Shown: positions 14,125 to 29,545, counted from the first letter of the stretch. The stretch: DNA of 64,000 bases from Octopus vulgaris (GCA_951406725.2 OX597821.1:1240001-1304000); one strand, 5' to 3'. The notes: generated by a model not told the origin, from the sequence alone. Numbers and translations are program-made.

Positions 14125-14546
14125 ATATGTGTATTATAAATATGTGTTCTTGTGTATATATATGAAACTTCCTCTCACGTGTATAGACACGTACATACAA
14201 AATATAAGTCTTAGTCTTATATAAGCACACCGCGAAACCTTTACTCACCTTACATGTAATAAAACATATTCACATACTTACATAAACTATAACCTATACT
14301 CACACATACACACACAAAAAGACCACAGTCAAACATCCACAGAAAACACAAAAAAGATGTGAAAATCGCTAGAAGAATATTCTCGTCTGAATAAATAAAA
14401 ACGAGTCCATGAGCCGTTGTAACGATTTTACAGTGAGATAATCGGCTAAGAAAATCTACTTTATAACTATTGATATTATGATTATCATTCCTATTAGTAA
14501 TATTATTGTTATTACTATTATAATTATTTTTTATTTTATTATTATA

Positions 14547-14621
<75 letters not shown>

Positions 14622-14785
14622 GTTATTGTTATTATTGTTATTATCGGTTATTCTTAAAATGAATAGTCTTCCCTTTCTTTTTAGGCTAACGTCGTATTTA
14701 CCAATGGCTGAATGCAAACAAAGACACCACATAGATACATACACGTACTCAAACACATGCATGTACGTACATAGATACACACACG

Positions 14786-14839
<54 letters not shown>

Positions 14840-14843
<4 letters not shown>

Positions 14844-15012
14844 ACTAAAAATAAGGTTGTCTGAGAGACACCACCATGCCGAAATAGCAGTCAAATTCCT
14901 GACTCTAAAAGCCACCTTAAATGTTCATATCATAGGGTGGTTTTCAGAGTCAGGTATTAGACTGCTATTTCGGCATGGTGGTGTCTCTCAGACAACCTTA
15001 TTTTTAGCTGTA
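14840..15012. repeat. Near-perfect ~78-bp-arm palindrome (foldback element)
   Basis: CTAAAAATAAGGTTGTCTGAGAGACACCACCATGCCGAAATAGCAGTC... is matched by ...GACTGCTATTTCGGCATGGTGGTGTCTCTCAGACAACCTTATTTTTAG. Confidence 0.85.
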
Positions 15013-15101
15013 AAATATTATTTCCTTTGTATGGTATTTATTCCCATTCTGGCCACTTGATAATATCGATATTTAAATATCGATATTATCCTTATTTATA
15101 A

Positions 15102-15141
<40 letters not shown>

Positions 15142-15149
<8 letters not shown>

Positions 15150-15297
15150 TTAAATTAGAGACAAAACCACTATTTAACAATTTAACAATTATAATTGTTA
15201 AATTTCTAAATTTATATAAATTATTTTATGTATTGGCTTAAGTCTTTCTTTGTTTGATTTGCATAATAGTGGTTTTGTCTCTAATTTAAAATAATAT
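15142..15297. repeat. Inverted repeat with ~30-bp arms
   Basis: TATTATTTTAAATTAGAGACAAAACCACTATT pairs with AATAGTGGTTTTGTCTCTAATTTAAAATAATA. Confidence 0.75.
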
Positions 15298-15442
15298 AAT
15301 ATTTTACTATAAAATTGGATTCAATCCTAAATCTGATTTTTCCCTGTAAATTTGGATTTATTCCCTAATATTCATTATTATATATATATATATATATTAG
15401 TTATGTGTGCATGAGTATGTACGTATCTATGTTGTATTCACA

Positions 15443-15484
<42 letters not shown>

Positions 15485-15621
15485 GTAGAAGACACTTAAC
15501 CCAAGGTGCCTCGCAGTGGGACTGAATCCGGAACCATGTTGTTGGTAAGCAATCTACTTACCACACAGCCATATATACACACACATACACACATATTTAT
15601 ATATACTTATAACGAGAAATT

Positions 15622-15684
<63 letters not shown>

Positions 15685-15687
<3 letters not shown>

Positions 15688-16025
15688 CACAGTTAAGAAG
15701 TTTGCCTCCCAACCACGTGGTTCCAGGACCAGTGTCACTACGCAGAACCTAAGACAATTGTCTCCTACCATAGCCTCGGGACAAGCAATGCCACATGATT
15801 AAATTTGGTTGGCAGAAACTGTGTTTGTACCCAACTTCATCTTAATGACCGCCATTGCTTTCTTTACTTTCCTGCAAATTAGAAGTTTAGCGAAAGAGAG
15901 CGATAGAATGAGTACCAGATTAATTAAAAAAACTAAGTGCTGTGGTCAATCTGTTCGAGTAAAATCTTTCATAACGATGCCCCAGTATGGCCAAAGTTCA
16001 ATGACTGAAACATGTAAAATGTAAA
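15685..16025 (+). mobile_element. SINE family C, diverged
   Basis: AAGAAGTTTGCCTCCCAACCAC...GATAGAATGAGTACCAG...ATGACTGAAACA. Confidence 0.6.
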
Positions 16026-16049
16026 AAATTTTACTGACCGTCAAACTAA

Positions 16050-16260
16050 TACAGGGTGGGGCTGAGAGGACGGACGGTTTTGAAATGGCTATTGCTCCAC
16101 ACATAATAATCAGGGGTGTTGTACTCTGGGGAGTTAAGTGACCACATGTTACGGGTGGTGTGGTCGCAGAAATTGTCTGACAGCCATGAGTGGGTTTCCC
16201 TGGTTGTGTGACATGGTGCAGACTGCTGTTTTTTTTACCGACGGTGCCCAACTGATCCTA
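16050..16260 (-). mobile_element. Tc1/mariner (maT-like) transposase fragment with a TIR-like end
   Basis: Minus strand SWLSDNFCDHTTRNMWSLNSPEYNTPDYYVW resembles WPPNSPDLNPLDYYVW; TA-CAGGGTG terminus at 16050. Confidence 0.55.
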
Positions 16261-16359
16261 CTATACTGTGTAGACGAGAAAATGTAAAAAAAGAAATTCT
16301 GCATGCGCAAAGCTAAAAATATAAAATGGCGACAATTTACCCACCGCACACCCCGCTGC

Positions 16360-16648
16360 TTGGAATTTTATTTTAATTCTCTCGCAGGAAGGCCCAGTTG
16401 ACGATGTGTCCTGTCTTGCCTTCGAAACACGACTGAGCTAACTAGCGACAGCTGATGACGGTGGATTTTTCCTTGTGTAGCATGTCCTGTACTTGTTTTC
16501 TTGTTATAAATTTTTGTCTTTCCGTTTCTACGTCTTGTTGTGGTGTCCTGTACTTACGTATATTTATTTATATATGCATGTATATATACATGTAGATGTA
16601 GGTACGTACATATATATTTGTATGTATGCATATATTTTTATTTATCAC

Positions 16649-16660
<12 letters not shown>
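16360..16660 (+). repeat. Dispersed repeat family D with permuted HHR-like motifs, copy 1
   Basis: GCAGGAAGGC...GCCTTCGAAACACG...CAGCTGATGACGG...GTCCTGTAC...CATGTAGATGTAGGTACGTAC, shared with the copies at 43.4, 49.2 and 56.1 kb. Confidence 0.65.
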
Positions 16661-16700
<40 letters not shown>

Positions 16701-16754
16701 CATAAAAATAAATATATATATATGTATATATATACATGTGTATATATATATATA

Positions 16755-17540
16755 TAACTTAAAATTGTATGATAGATTGCCGTCAATTCATTCTCTCTTA
16801 CCTGTTTGTGTCTGCCTTCCAATTGCTGTGTTTTTTTACTGAGATCTCCCTTTTTAGTAGAAGAAATAGCTATAACTCTTTGACTGCTATTTCTAAATTC
16901 GGTCTGTGGTAAGGCAATTCGTTGCTAAACCCTTTATTGCTTAGTATTACTTAAATTTTCCTCTAATGAGGCTTTTACATGCCGAAGACTACTTGGTGTA
17001 ATTGATAATTATTCCAAATTAATTAATTTCACCCTTCATTATTACGGATAACCATATTTTATCTCAGTAGATGATCATAGCATCTTGTTTTGGCTACACG
17101 CGGGTGGGAAGGGGCTGGTGACACAATCCTTTCATTCACACGTTGAGTTTGGTGATACTAGTTGCGGATTCTAGCTCGCTCTGATACTGAGTTGAGTTGG
17201 TGCCTTCTAGTATCTCAAAATTCAATATATAATCACTTATGATTATAGTATTCTACGCTGAAGAGAAAAGAAGTTTGGGTAACGTAGAATTATTTAATAT
17301 TTAATTCTCATGCTTTCCTAAAAACTTGATTTCGAAACGTGCGTCCGTAGATAACTTAAAATTGTATGATAGATTGCCGTCAATTCATTCTCTCTTACCT
17401 GTTTGTGTCTGCCTTCCAATTGCTGTGTTTTTTACTGAGATCTCCCTTTTTAGTAGAAGAAATAGCTATAACTCTTTGACTGCTATTTCTAAATTCGGTC
17501 TGTGGTAAGGCAATTCGTTGCTAAACCCTTTATTGCTTAG

Positions 17541-17543
<3 letters not shown>
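16755..17543 (+). mobile_element. Retrozyme-like / non-autonomous Penelope-type element: ~597-bp unit plus ~190-bp partial repeat, carrying a type I hammerhead ribozyme
   Basis: Near-identical direct repeats 16755-16946 and 17352-17543 (TAACTTAAAATTGTATGATAG...CTTTATTGCTTAGTA). Non-coding, flanked by (TA)n on both sides, HHR immediately before the second repeat. Confidence 0.75.
17252..17351 (+). ncRNA. Type I hammerhead ribozyme, canonical core
   Basis: Stem I TCTACG/CGTAGA (6 bp), CTGAAGA at 17258-17264, long stem II (GAAA...TTTC with inner AGAATTA/TAATTCT), GAAA at 17334-17337, stem III AC-GTGC-GT, GTC cleavage triplet at 17343-17345. Confidence 0.85.
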
Positions 17544-17571
<28 letters not shown>

Positions 17572-17977
17572 ATATATACATATATATATATATACACACA
17601 CACATATATATAAATATATATAAGTACTTATACGCATGTACACTCTGTGTGTGTGCAGTGATGGATGTATGCATGCATATATGTATAAGTGTGTATGTGT
17701 GTACGTGTGCGTGTATACATTCTTGTACATGTGTATTTGCCCTTGTGAATTTTGAAACTTGTGTCTGTCCGTCCGTGTGTGCACTGCTTAATCTCTGGCA
17801 ACTCATCGCGTGACACAGAATAACTATAAAGGACGGAAATTAGGACTTACTGGAAAAGAAACCACGTGCATTTAAATACTCATATCCTCACACTCATAAT
17901 GTACACACATACACACACACACACACACACGCATGTATGCATACATACAAACATACATACAAACATACATACATACA

Positions 17978-18008
<31 letters not shown>

Positions 18009-18039
18009 GTAAGTACATGCATAGGTATATATATATATG

Positions 18040-18092
<53 letters not shown>

Positions 18093-18110
18093 GCATACAT
18101 ATATATGCAT

Positions 18111-18177
<67 letters not shown>

Positions 18178-18192
18178 CACACACACACATAT

Positions 18193-19052
<860 letters not shown>

Positions 19053-19776
19053 TGCGCTCATATGTGTGCCTGAATATATGTCTGCGTATGTACGTATATT
19101 CGTTATATATATTGATTGTTTCGTTGATTGAAATATAAAGATTATTAATGCGAAAAATTACTGAAAACTGAACATATAGAACATAAATTGTGATAAACAC
19201 ATACATATTATATTCATATATCTTTCTCCGAGAACGAATTCGTTTTTCTAACCAACCTCACATTTAAAATTAAACAAACAGTATTTCTGTTAACAGAAGA
19301 TAACCAGATGCGGTTGTAAAGCAGTTATGCACACTATATCTATAGACTATATAGATAAATTAAAAAGAAAGAGAAAAAAAAACAGGAATATACTAATGCA
19401 GTCGAAATATCTATAAATCATTTCTGTCTGTGAAATAATTTGCTGTAGCGCTCAAAAGTCTGAAATTTAATTTTAGTAAAGGTATCTAAAATTTACGCAA
19501 AGTAGCGGGAGTTACGTCGTGGATTTCCAGTACAAGAAAGAATTATCGTCAATGATTCTATCGATATTTCAACTGTGTTCGTACCTTTGTTTATTCTCGT
19601 CTTTGGTATTTTTCTGTTTTTTAACAGTATACTTTTCTTACGAGTCTTTCAATAACGAAATAGTTGGTCAAAATACCACAGACAAATTCATTGGTTTCGA
19701 GGTTCTATCAATGTTACTGGAATAAATCGATTGATTTCGATCAACATACCATATTACAGTTATGAATAGATTAAAA

Positions 19777-19851
<75 letters not shown>

Positions 19852-19884
19852 CATTATTATTATTATTATTATTAGATATAAATA

Positions 19885-20080
19885 GGCCGCGAGCTGGTAG
19901 CATCGTTAGTACTCCGGACACTTTGCTTAGCGGTATTTCGTCCGTCTGCGTTCAAGTACCGCCGACGTCGACTTCGCCTTTCATCCTTTTGGGGTCGATA
20001 AAGTAAGTAGCAGTTGAACACTGGGATCGATGTAATTGATTTAACCCCTCACTCGAATTTGCTGACAATACGAAACCGTT
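19885..20080 (+). mobile_element. SINE family A
   Basis: GCGAGCTGGTAGCATCGTTAG head and the central domain. Confidence 0.75.
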
Positions 20081-20107
20081 ATCAAGTGATTAGAATAGTA
20101 ATAATGA

Positions 20108-20325
20108 CGGCGGCGAGCTGGCAGAAGCGTTAGCACACCGGGCGAAATGCGTAGCCGTTACGTTCTGAGTTCAAATTCCGCCGAGGTCGACTTTGCCTTT
20201 CATCCTTTCGGGGTCGATTAAGTAAGTACCAGTTACGCACTGGGTTCGATGTAATCGACTTAATCCGTTTGTCTGTCCTTGCTTGTTCCCCCTGTGTGTA
20301 GCCCCTTGTGGGTAGTAAAGAAATA
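20108..20325 (+). mobile_element. SINE family A with target-site duplication
   Basis: Full copy; TSD AGAATAGTAAT(A/T)ATGA at 20092-20107 and 20326-20341. Confidence 0.85.
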
Positions 20326-20696
20326 AGAATAGTAATTATGAAATTTTATGCCGAGTTGAAATATATTGGTTTCTGTTAGTTCTTGATTTCCGAAAAGTTG
20401 GGGTGATTACGGTTGGAAATCGTATGATGAATGTTCTTCTCGGCAATCGTTATTGTTGTCTTATTTCAACAATAACAAAAGTAGCAATAACAACGTAAGT
20501 GTATTCTACTAGGTATTAATAATCAACGAAGAACAAGAATTTGTGTAAGTCCATATTCCATCTGTACGAAAAGAGGATTCTGGAATTTCTAGGCTGATCC
20601 TACGTTTGAGAAATAGATAGTAAGATAGACAGATAGATAGATAGACAGACAAATAACTAGATATTGATAGAGAGGGAGAGGGAGAGAGAAGGGAAA

Positions 20697-20778
20697 GAGA
20701 GAAAGGGCCAGCGAGAGAAAGGGCCAGCGAGAGAAAGGGACAGCGAGAGAAAGGGGCAGCGAGTGAGAGGGAAAGCGA
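20697..20778 (+). repeat. 16-bp minisatellite GAGAGAAAGGGCCAGC, about 5 copies
   Basis: Direct inspection. Confidence 0.75.
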
Positions 20779-21637
20779 AATTATTTTTATATAGGCTTTG
20801 TCTGTGAACCGCCGGGAAAGTCTAACATCGTTTTAATCCTCATGTTTTACAAACTCACCCAATCTTATGAGCTTCACTGAATATTATTTCTCGACAGACC
20901 AAGATCAGTTTCCTAAAACTCTGAATATTTGGCACTAATAATTAGATTAGTGTGCACTTAAAAACCTCGCCGTTAATGACACCTACCTACTGTCCTCAGT
21001 TGCTCTCATTGTCATGGGTAGATTATTTGTCTTCAGTTAGGAGTGTACGGCTATTAGTTTAACAGAAAAAGAAGACGTGATATATCTTCATCCATTTTTA
21101 ATTCCACCGGTTGGGCATATTTTTCGACATAATGATCGATAACCGCGAGCGATTGAACTGAAAGACGACAACTTATCCAAGATTCATACCACGTTTTTGA
21201 GCAGGAGTGGTGTAGTATACTTAATTATGCAGTACATGACCCCGCAGATCAAATATCTAATGAAGAGAATAAATCTTGTCATCTGTAAAACGCCCATAAC
21301 GAAATTCCTGCTGTCTCTTACTCTTGATTGCTAAACACGTAAACATTATCACGCATGCGCATGCTACAAACTGTGAAAGTTGTTTCCATTCTATAGCTGG
21401 AAGCACACTAATCTTGATGCAAGTTAACTGGTGTGTTTGCCATAGTTCGCTATGACACTGCTTTTCTGTTAGCCATTAGAATTAACTCTACGTTTAAATA
21501 AACATTATCTGTATCTATGAAATATATAATAAGATTTTCCACGTGATTTCGGGTTCGATATCGCAGTGCAGTACCATGGCTAAATTTCTTCTACCGTTGC
21601 CTGAAAAGACAAAAAAACTCCAGCAAAAACTGCGTCG

Positions 21638-21745
21638 TACATCGGTTTAATAGAAAGCTCATTTAAGAGACGTCTACCTCAACACATGTGCTCTTTCATA
21701 CGTTGTCATAATGAAAACGCTACATCACTTTGAAACACATCTTGG
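21638..21745 (+). pseudogene. Penelope-like element GIY-YIG endonuclease remnant
   Basis: Translates to YIGLIESSFKRRLPQHMCSFIRCHNENATSL*, matching the Penelope motif YIG.T...FK.R...H..SF......T.LS; in-frame stop present. Confidence 0.6.
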
Positions 21746-22224
21746 TAAAGAAAAGTAGATTCCGCCAGCCTTGCATGGTCTACTTTGGACAGAGTGAAGT
21801 CGTACACAAATGGTTCAAAACGGCGCTATTTATGGTTCAGTAGGAACTATATAAGAAAACCCACATAGACAGAGCAGTGGTGAGGTCACATACGACGTGC
21901 CATTTCACGTATTTTGTGCTTCAAGGGTTTGTCCACAGCACCGAAAATTACAGAGTCAAATTTACCTGGATGGAAGCATTAATGTCCTGAAGTTACAAGA
22001 CAATATATACATATATATGAATGTATATGTATACATATATATGTATGTATATCATGCAGATCTGCAACAAAAGTAGTCAACTGAGAGGTCATGAACGGAA
22101 AGTCAGAAATGACTTTGAAAAGAAGGAAGCACAAGGGGACGGTGATCATATCTGAAGAAGGAGCAACCACCATATGCATATGTGTAAACGTACACGTATA
22201 TACACATATACATACGGTCATCTG

Positions 22225-22315
<91 letters not shown>

Positions 22316-22319
22316 CCGT

Positions 22320-22371
<52 letters not shown>

Positions 22372-22375
<4 letters not shown>

Positions 22376-22533
22376 GCTTCTTTCAGTCTCCATCTACCAA
22401 ATCTACTCACAAGGCTTTGGTCGGCCCGCGGCTATACTGGAAGATACTTGCCCAAGGTGCCACGCAGTGGGACTGAACCCGGAACCATGTGGTTGGTAAG
22501 CAAGCTACTTACCACACAGCCACTCCTGCGCCT
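22372..22533 (-). mobile_element. SINE family C, 5' half
   Basis: Minus strand GGCGCAGGAGTGGCTGTGTGGTAAG...GGGTTCAGTCCC...CACCTTGGGCAAG. Confidence 0.8.
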
Positions 22534-22604
22534 ATATATGTGTGTGTATGTGTTTGTGTAGAATACACACACCTACACGCGCGTAAACACACACACGCGC
22601 GCGT

Positions 22605-22636
<32 letters not shown>

Positions 22637-22826
22637 CTACAGATAAACAAAACAGAATCATAAAAACAGATGCACTGCCCTTCATTGTCGCTGTGAGTTG
22701 CCCTTGAAGAAAGTAAGGGCAAGCCAAGAAATAGTGTTTCTCATTGACAGAAAAGAAACCTTACCTTCGAATAAATATACACGTCCATGTTGACACAGAG
22801 ACAAATTCAGGAGGGTGAAAGTGAGT

Positions 22827-22858
<32 letters not shown>

Positions 22859-23464
22859 CAAAAGGAAAGGGAGACAGAGAGAGAGAGAGACAAAAGGAAA
22901 GGGAGAGAGAGAGAGAGAGATAGGCAAAAGGAAAGGGAGGGTAGAGAAGGGATGAGAGAATGGAGGAAGCGTTGAAGAAATAATGATGCGACTTAGTTTG
23001 TGTAAACAGTTATTAGTTATAAAATACAGAATGAAATTACTTTACAACGTTCGAGATAATTAAATTACTGTTCTTTGGTCATGTGATGTGTCACGTGTTA
23101 AAACTGATTTTAAATTTTCCTGGATCAAGACATGCAACATTCTCATCTGTTCAATTGCTAGGAAAATAATAATTAATGGGTTCATTGGGAAACACACGGT
23201 CAACACACATAATACATACGCATAAACATGCACGTACACACATACATGCATACCTTATAAACGCCCTCCCCCACACACACACAGAAACACACGCGCGCGT
23301 TTTCGTTAAACTTTATCAGCTATGGCTCTGTGGTTAAGCAGCTCGCTTCTTCAAGCGCTTAGTTTCGTGTTCAAACCCACAGCATAAAATCTTTACCAAG
23401 TATTTTCTACTATTGCCTTTAGCTGCCATATACTTCAGGAATATATAGAAACTGGAAAAGCACG

Positions 23465-24374
<910 letters not shown>

Positions 24375-24375
<1 letters not shown>

Positions 24376-24878
24376 CCCTGGCCTGGCAGTGCTACCGAGA
24401 AGCGCTACCCGTTCGGGATAAGCTCTACAGACACGGCTCGAGAAACACGGGGCCGACCTGCCCGAGATGCGGTCAGAGCGACGAAACCGTTCTGCACGCA
24501 CTCGTGCAGTGTCCAACAATTTCCGACCTGTGGGCTTGTGTCGAACAACTGCTGTCACGTGTGGGACGAGTCGGTTTATCAGCTGAGTCTATCGTTAATA
24601 TTGTCACGCCTCCCTCCTTCAAACGGGAAGGAAGAGCTATTTTCATCATCCTTGTGGCTATGGCGAAAGAATGTATCTGGTGGACGCGTCTGAAAGGATT
24701 GGAGACAAACACTTTCCTCTCTGGTCAATCTCTCATCAACTTCTTCAAGTACCACTTGAAAAGGAAAGTGAGAGTAGAGAGGCAAGTTTTGTCTAGCGAA
24801 TGTTTTAAAAAAAGATGGGTGAATGTAGCAAGAATGGCACGTATGAATGACGAAGCCACCTTGAGCATGATCCTATGA
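24375..24878 (+). pseudogene. ORF2 C-terminus with zf-RVT zinc finger (truncated LINE polyprotein)
   Basis: LAWQCYREALPVRDKL...CPRCGQSDETVLHALVQC...LW fits the C-x2-C-x8-H-x4-C zf-RVT motif of L1/Tx1 ORF2. Confidence 0.85.
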
Positions 24879-25249
24879 ACCCAGAAATTGAAAACAGAGA
24901 GTTGCTTATTTGCAAAAAGAAAAAAAGAAATATAACATGTGACTCCATTGACCGAGGTTACCGTGGTCTTTTCCGTAGGCTTTTCTTTCCACGGGTAAAC
25001 CTCACCTGTCCTCCCCTTTACACTTCATATTGACATTTCTGTGATAACGATCCCTATTGATCAAATTTTTTTTTCCCTCTCCCCCTTTTTTTAACCCCCC
25101 ATTTTTTGTCCTCTTTCTCTCCTTTAACGATCCCTTTTGATCGAAACTCCCCCTTTCCTTTTTTTTTTTTTTTTAAACCTTCAAAAGAAAAGCTCTACCT
25201 TGTAATTTGTTCTATCTATGTGCAGCCCTGTGTGGCTAATAAAGAAACA

Positions 25250-25250
<1 letters not shown>
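24375..25250 (+). mobile_element. Tx1/L1-clade LINE, 5'-truncated copy 2
   Basis: Open frame 24375-24878 plus a 3' UTR ending AATAAAGAAACAT(ATCT)n; preceded by (ATCT)n. Confidence 0.9.
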
Positions 25251-25302
<52 letters not shown>

Positions 25303-25304
<2 letters not shown>

Positions 25305-25651
25305 TTGCAAAAAAAAAAAAAAAGAAATATAAAATGTGACGTCATTGACCGAGGTTACCGTGGTCTTTTCCGTAGGCTTTTCTTTCCACGGGTAAACCTC
25401 ACCTGTCCTCCCCTTTACACTTCATATTGACATTTCTGTGATAACGATCCCTATTGATCATTCTTTTTTTTTTTCCTCTCCCCCTTTTTTTTTAACCCCC
25501 CTTTTTTTGTCCTCTTTCTCTCCTTTTACGATCCCTTTTGATCGAAACTCCCCCTTCCTTTTTTTTTTTTTTTTTTAAACCTTCAAAAGAAAAGCTCTAC
25601 CTTGTAATTTGTTCTATCTGTGTGCAGCCCTGTGTGGCTAATAAAGAAACA

Positions 25652-25652
<1 letters not shown>
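25303..25652 (+). mobile_element. Tx1-like LINE copy 3, 3' UTR only
   Basis: Nearly identical to 24909-25250; flanked by (ATCT)n on both sides. Confidence 0.85.
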
Positions 25653-25715
<63 letters not shown>

Positions 25716-25748
25716 CATCCATCCATCCATCCATCCATCCATCCATCC

Positions 25749-25783
<35 letters not shown>

Positions 25784-25793
25784 CATCTATCTA

Positions 25794-25828
<35 letters not shown>

Positions 25829-26281
25829 GTCTATGTATCCATCCATCCATCCACATCCCTCCCTCCCTCTCTACCTACCTATGTATATAATACATGATTG
25901 ATCAGTAGCCACTAAACCATTTTCTATTTTCTCTCTCTGTTTATTTCTGTTTAAGAGCGTAAGTTCGAAACGTAAAAGACTTTCTCACTTCCCGAGCGTT
26001 AAACTAATACATCTTTTTGTTGTTTACACACCCGTCTTCGTCTTTTTTTTTTTTGTAAATTCCAACTATATAATGCTCTACAAATCCACATTCGGAGGAA
26101 AATATCTCAAAAAATATTCTCTACGTAAGATAGGGTATGGTGTCAGAAGATGGAAAGCTTCAATCAACCATTATTTTCTCTGCAATTAGCGCAGAAAATC
26201 TTTCCCCGGAGAAAGTTTAAAGTCTTTAAAAAACATGCAACTAGGATAAATCTAATGTCTATTGATTGAATCTTTTGGACA

Positions 26282-26349
<68 letters not shown>

Positions 26350-26666
26350 ATGTGTGTGTATGTGTGTGTATGAAAGCATGTAATACGTAAGTATGTATAT
26401 GCGTATACATGCATGTATGCATATATGTCTGTATGAGAGTGCGTGTTTGTATGTATGTGCATGTGTATGTATGTATGGAAGAATGTATGTATTGTGTGTG
26501 TATGTATGTGTGTATGTGTGGATACATGCATGTTTATATGCAAGCATGCGCGCACATGATTCTGCGGAGAGGTGCAAATTAGGAAATTTAGCTAAAAGCG
26601 AATTTATTTATAACACATGTATATGAATGCAATTAAATTGGAAAATTGATGATGATGATGATGATG

Positions 26667-27840
<1,174 letters not shown>

Positions 27841-28032
27841 TTCCTAGAGATATTCCTGTATGAGGTCCTCCTCATACATCTCCATCATGTCTCTCCGCCA
27901 ACTTTTTTTTAAACATGCTATGTATGTTTCCCCTCCTTTTCAGTGTATTTTTGTTAATCCTTTCATTATCTGCAACCCCACCCAACACTTTATGTCTGTC
28001 TTTGTATTGTCCACCTCATCCTTCACCCTTGT

Positions 28033-28209
28033 GGCGAGCTGGCAGAAACGTTTGCGGCGTTTTCGTCCATCTTCATATTCGTGCAAATTCCACCGAAGTC
28101 GACTTTGTCTTTCATCCTTCGGGGTCGATCAAATAAGTATCAGTCGAGTACTGGAGTTAATGTAATCGACCAGACCCCTCCCCCAAAATTTCATGCCTTA
28201 TGCCTGGAA

Positions 28210-28287
<78 letters not shown>

Positions 28288-28740
28288 CATCATCATTATT
28301 ATTTAGGCGTGAGTTCACAGAATCGTTAGCACGCCGGATAATGTGCCAGAGACATTTCGTCCGTATATACGTTCTCAGATCAAATTCCGCCGTGGTCCAC
28401 TTTGCCCTTCATTCTTTCGGGATCGATGTAATAAGTGCCAGTTGAACTCTGGTGTCGATTTAATGAACTATCCCCTTCCTCCAAAATTTCAGGTCTCCTA
28501 CTATAGTACAAATTATTTTTATTGCGACGAGCTGGCAGAATTGTTAGCAGAATTGTTAGCACACGAAATGCTTAGCAGTATTTCGTCCGCCTTCACATTA
28601 TGAGTTCAAATCCCACCGAGGTCGACTGTGTCTTTCTACCTTTCGGGGTCGATAAATTAAGTACCAGCGAAACACCGTGGTCGATGAAATTGACTAGTCC
28701 CTCCCTCCTGAATTTGAGGCCTTGTGACTATAGTAGAAAG
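28033..28740 (+). mobile_element. Cluster of three SINE family A copies
   Basis: Heads near 28033, 28305 and 28524, each with the central domain; (ATT)n tracts follow the first and third. Confidence 0.8.
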
Positions 28741-28741
28741 G

Positions 28742-28860
<119 letters not shown>

Positions 28861-29284
28861 TTTCTTTCCGAGAGGACGGACGTGTGTGAAGCTGCTCCGT
28901 AAGTTTTCTGCAAATTTTGTTGGAAATCCTGTGAAAAGTTTTTATATTTTTCGATATTTGTGTTGCCAAGCCAACTAACTTTTAGCGGAGCTAGTTGGCT
29001 CGGCAAAATTTTACCCCATTGGGGGTAAAATCACTGTTTGATATTTGACTTTTGCATACATTTCACTCACAAATTTTCAAAATGGCTATGAAAAGAACTG
29101 GCTGTTCTCTCCTTCAAGCTTCACCCTCACCACACGAAAAAATTTCGTTAGCGGCTCCGAACCGCCCATTTCGCGCCTTAAAAGGCAAGGAGAATATTCT
29201 GATTGAACATGCTGGCACGCGCAGCGTTCCAAAGAAAAGTGACAACGATGGCGTCACCTTGGTATCATTTTCAAATAGGTTTCA

Positions 29285-29545
29285 GTACCTTTTTTTTTTT
29301 ATCATTCCTAGAGATCCTACAATCATTTTTTCATTCCTAGAGATCCTGTAGTTGCCTTGAAATGCCAGTTTTTCATTTTCTATTAGCAAGTCTTTATATT
29401 TACTGATCTTGTCAAATTCTTTCGCCGCTATATTTTGATCGTAAGGAATACTCATGTCAATTAATAAAAACACCTTTTTTCTCTGATCTTTTATAATAAT
29501 AATCGGTTTATTAGCTTTTATAGTTTTATCGGTATGTACGGTATT
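29285..29545 (-). mobile_element. R4/Dong-like non-LTR retrotransposon fragment, restriction-like endonuclease domain
   Basis: VHTDKTIKANKP.IIIKD...LLIDMSIPYDQNIAAKEFDKISKYKDL...IVGSLGMIKK fits the RLE (PD..D...K..KY..L) domain. Confidence 0.75.
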
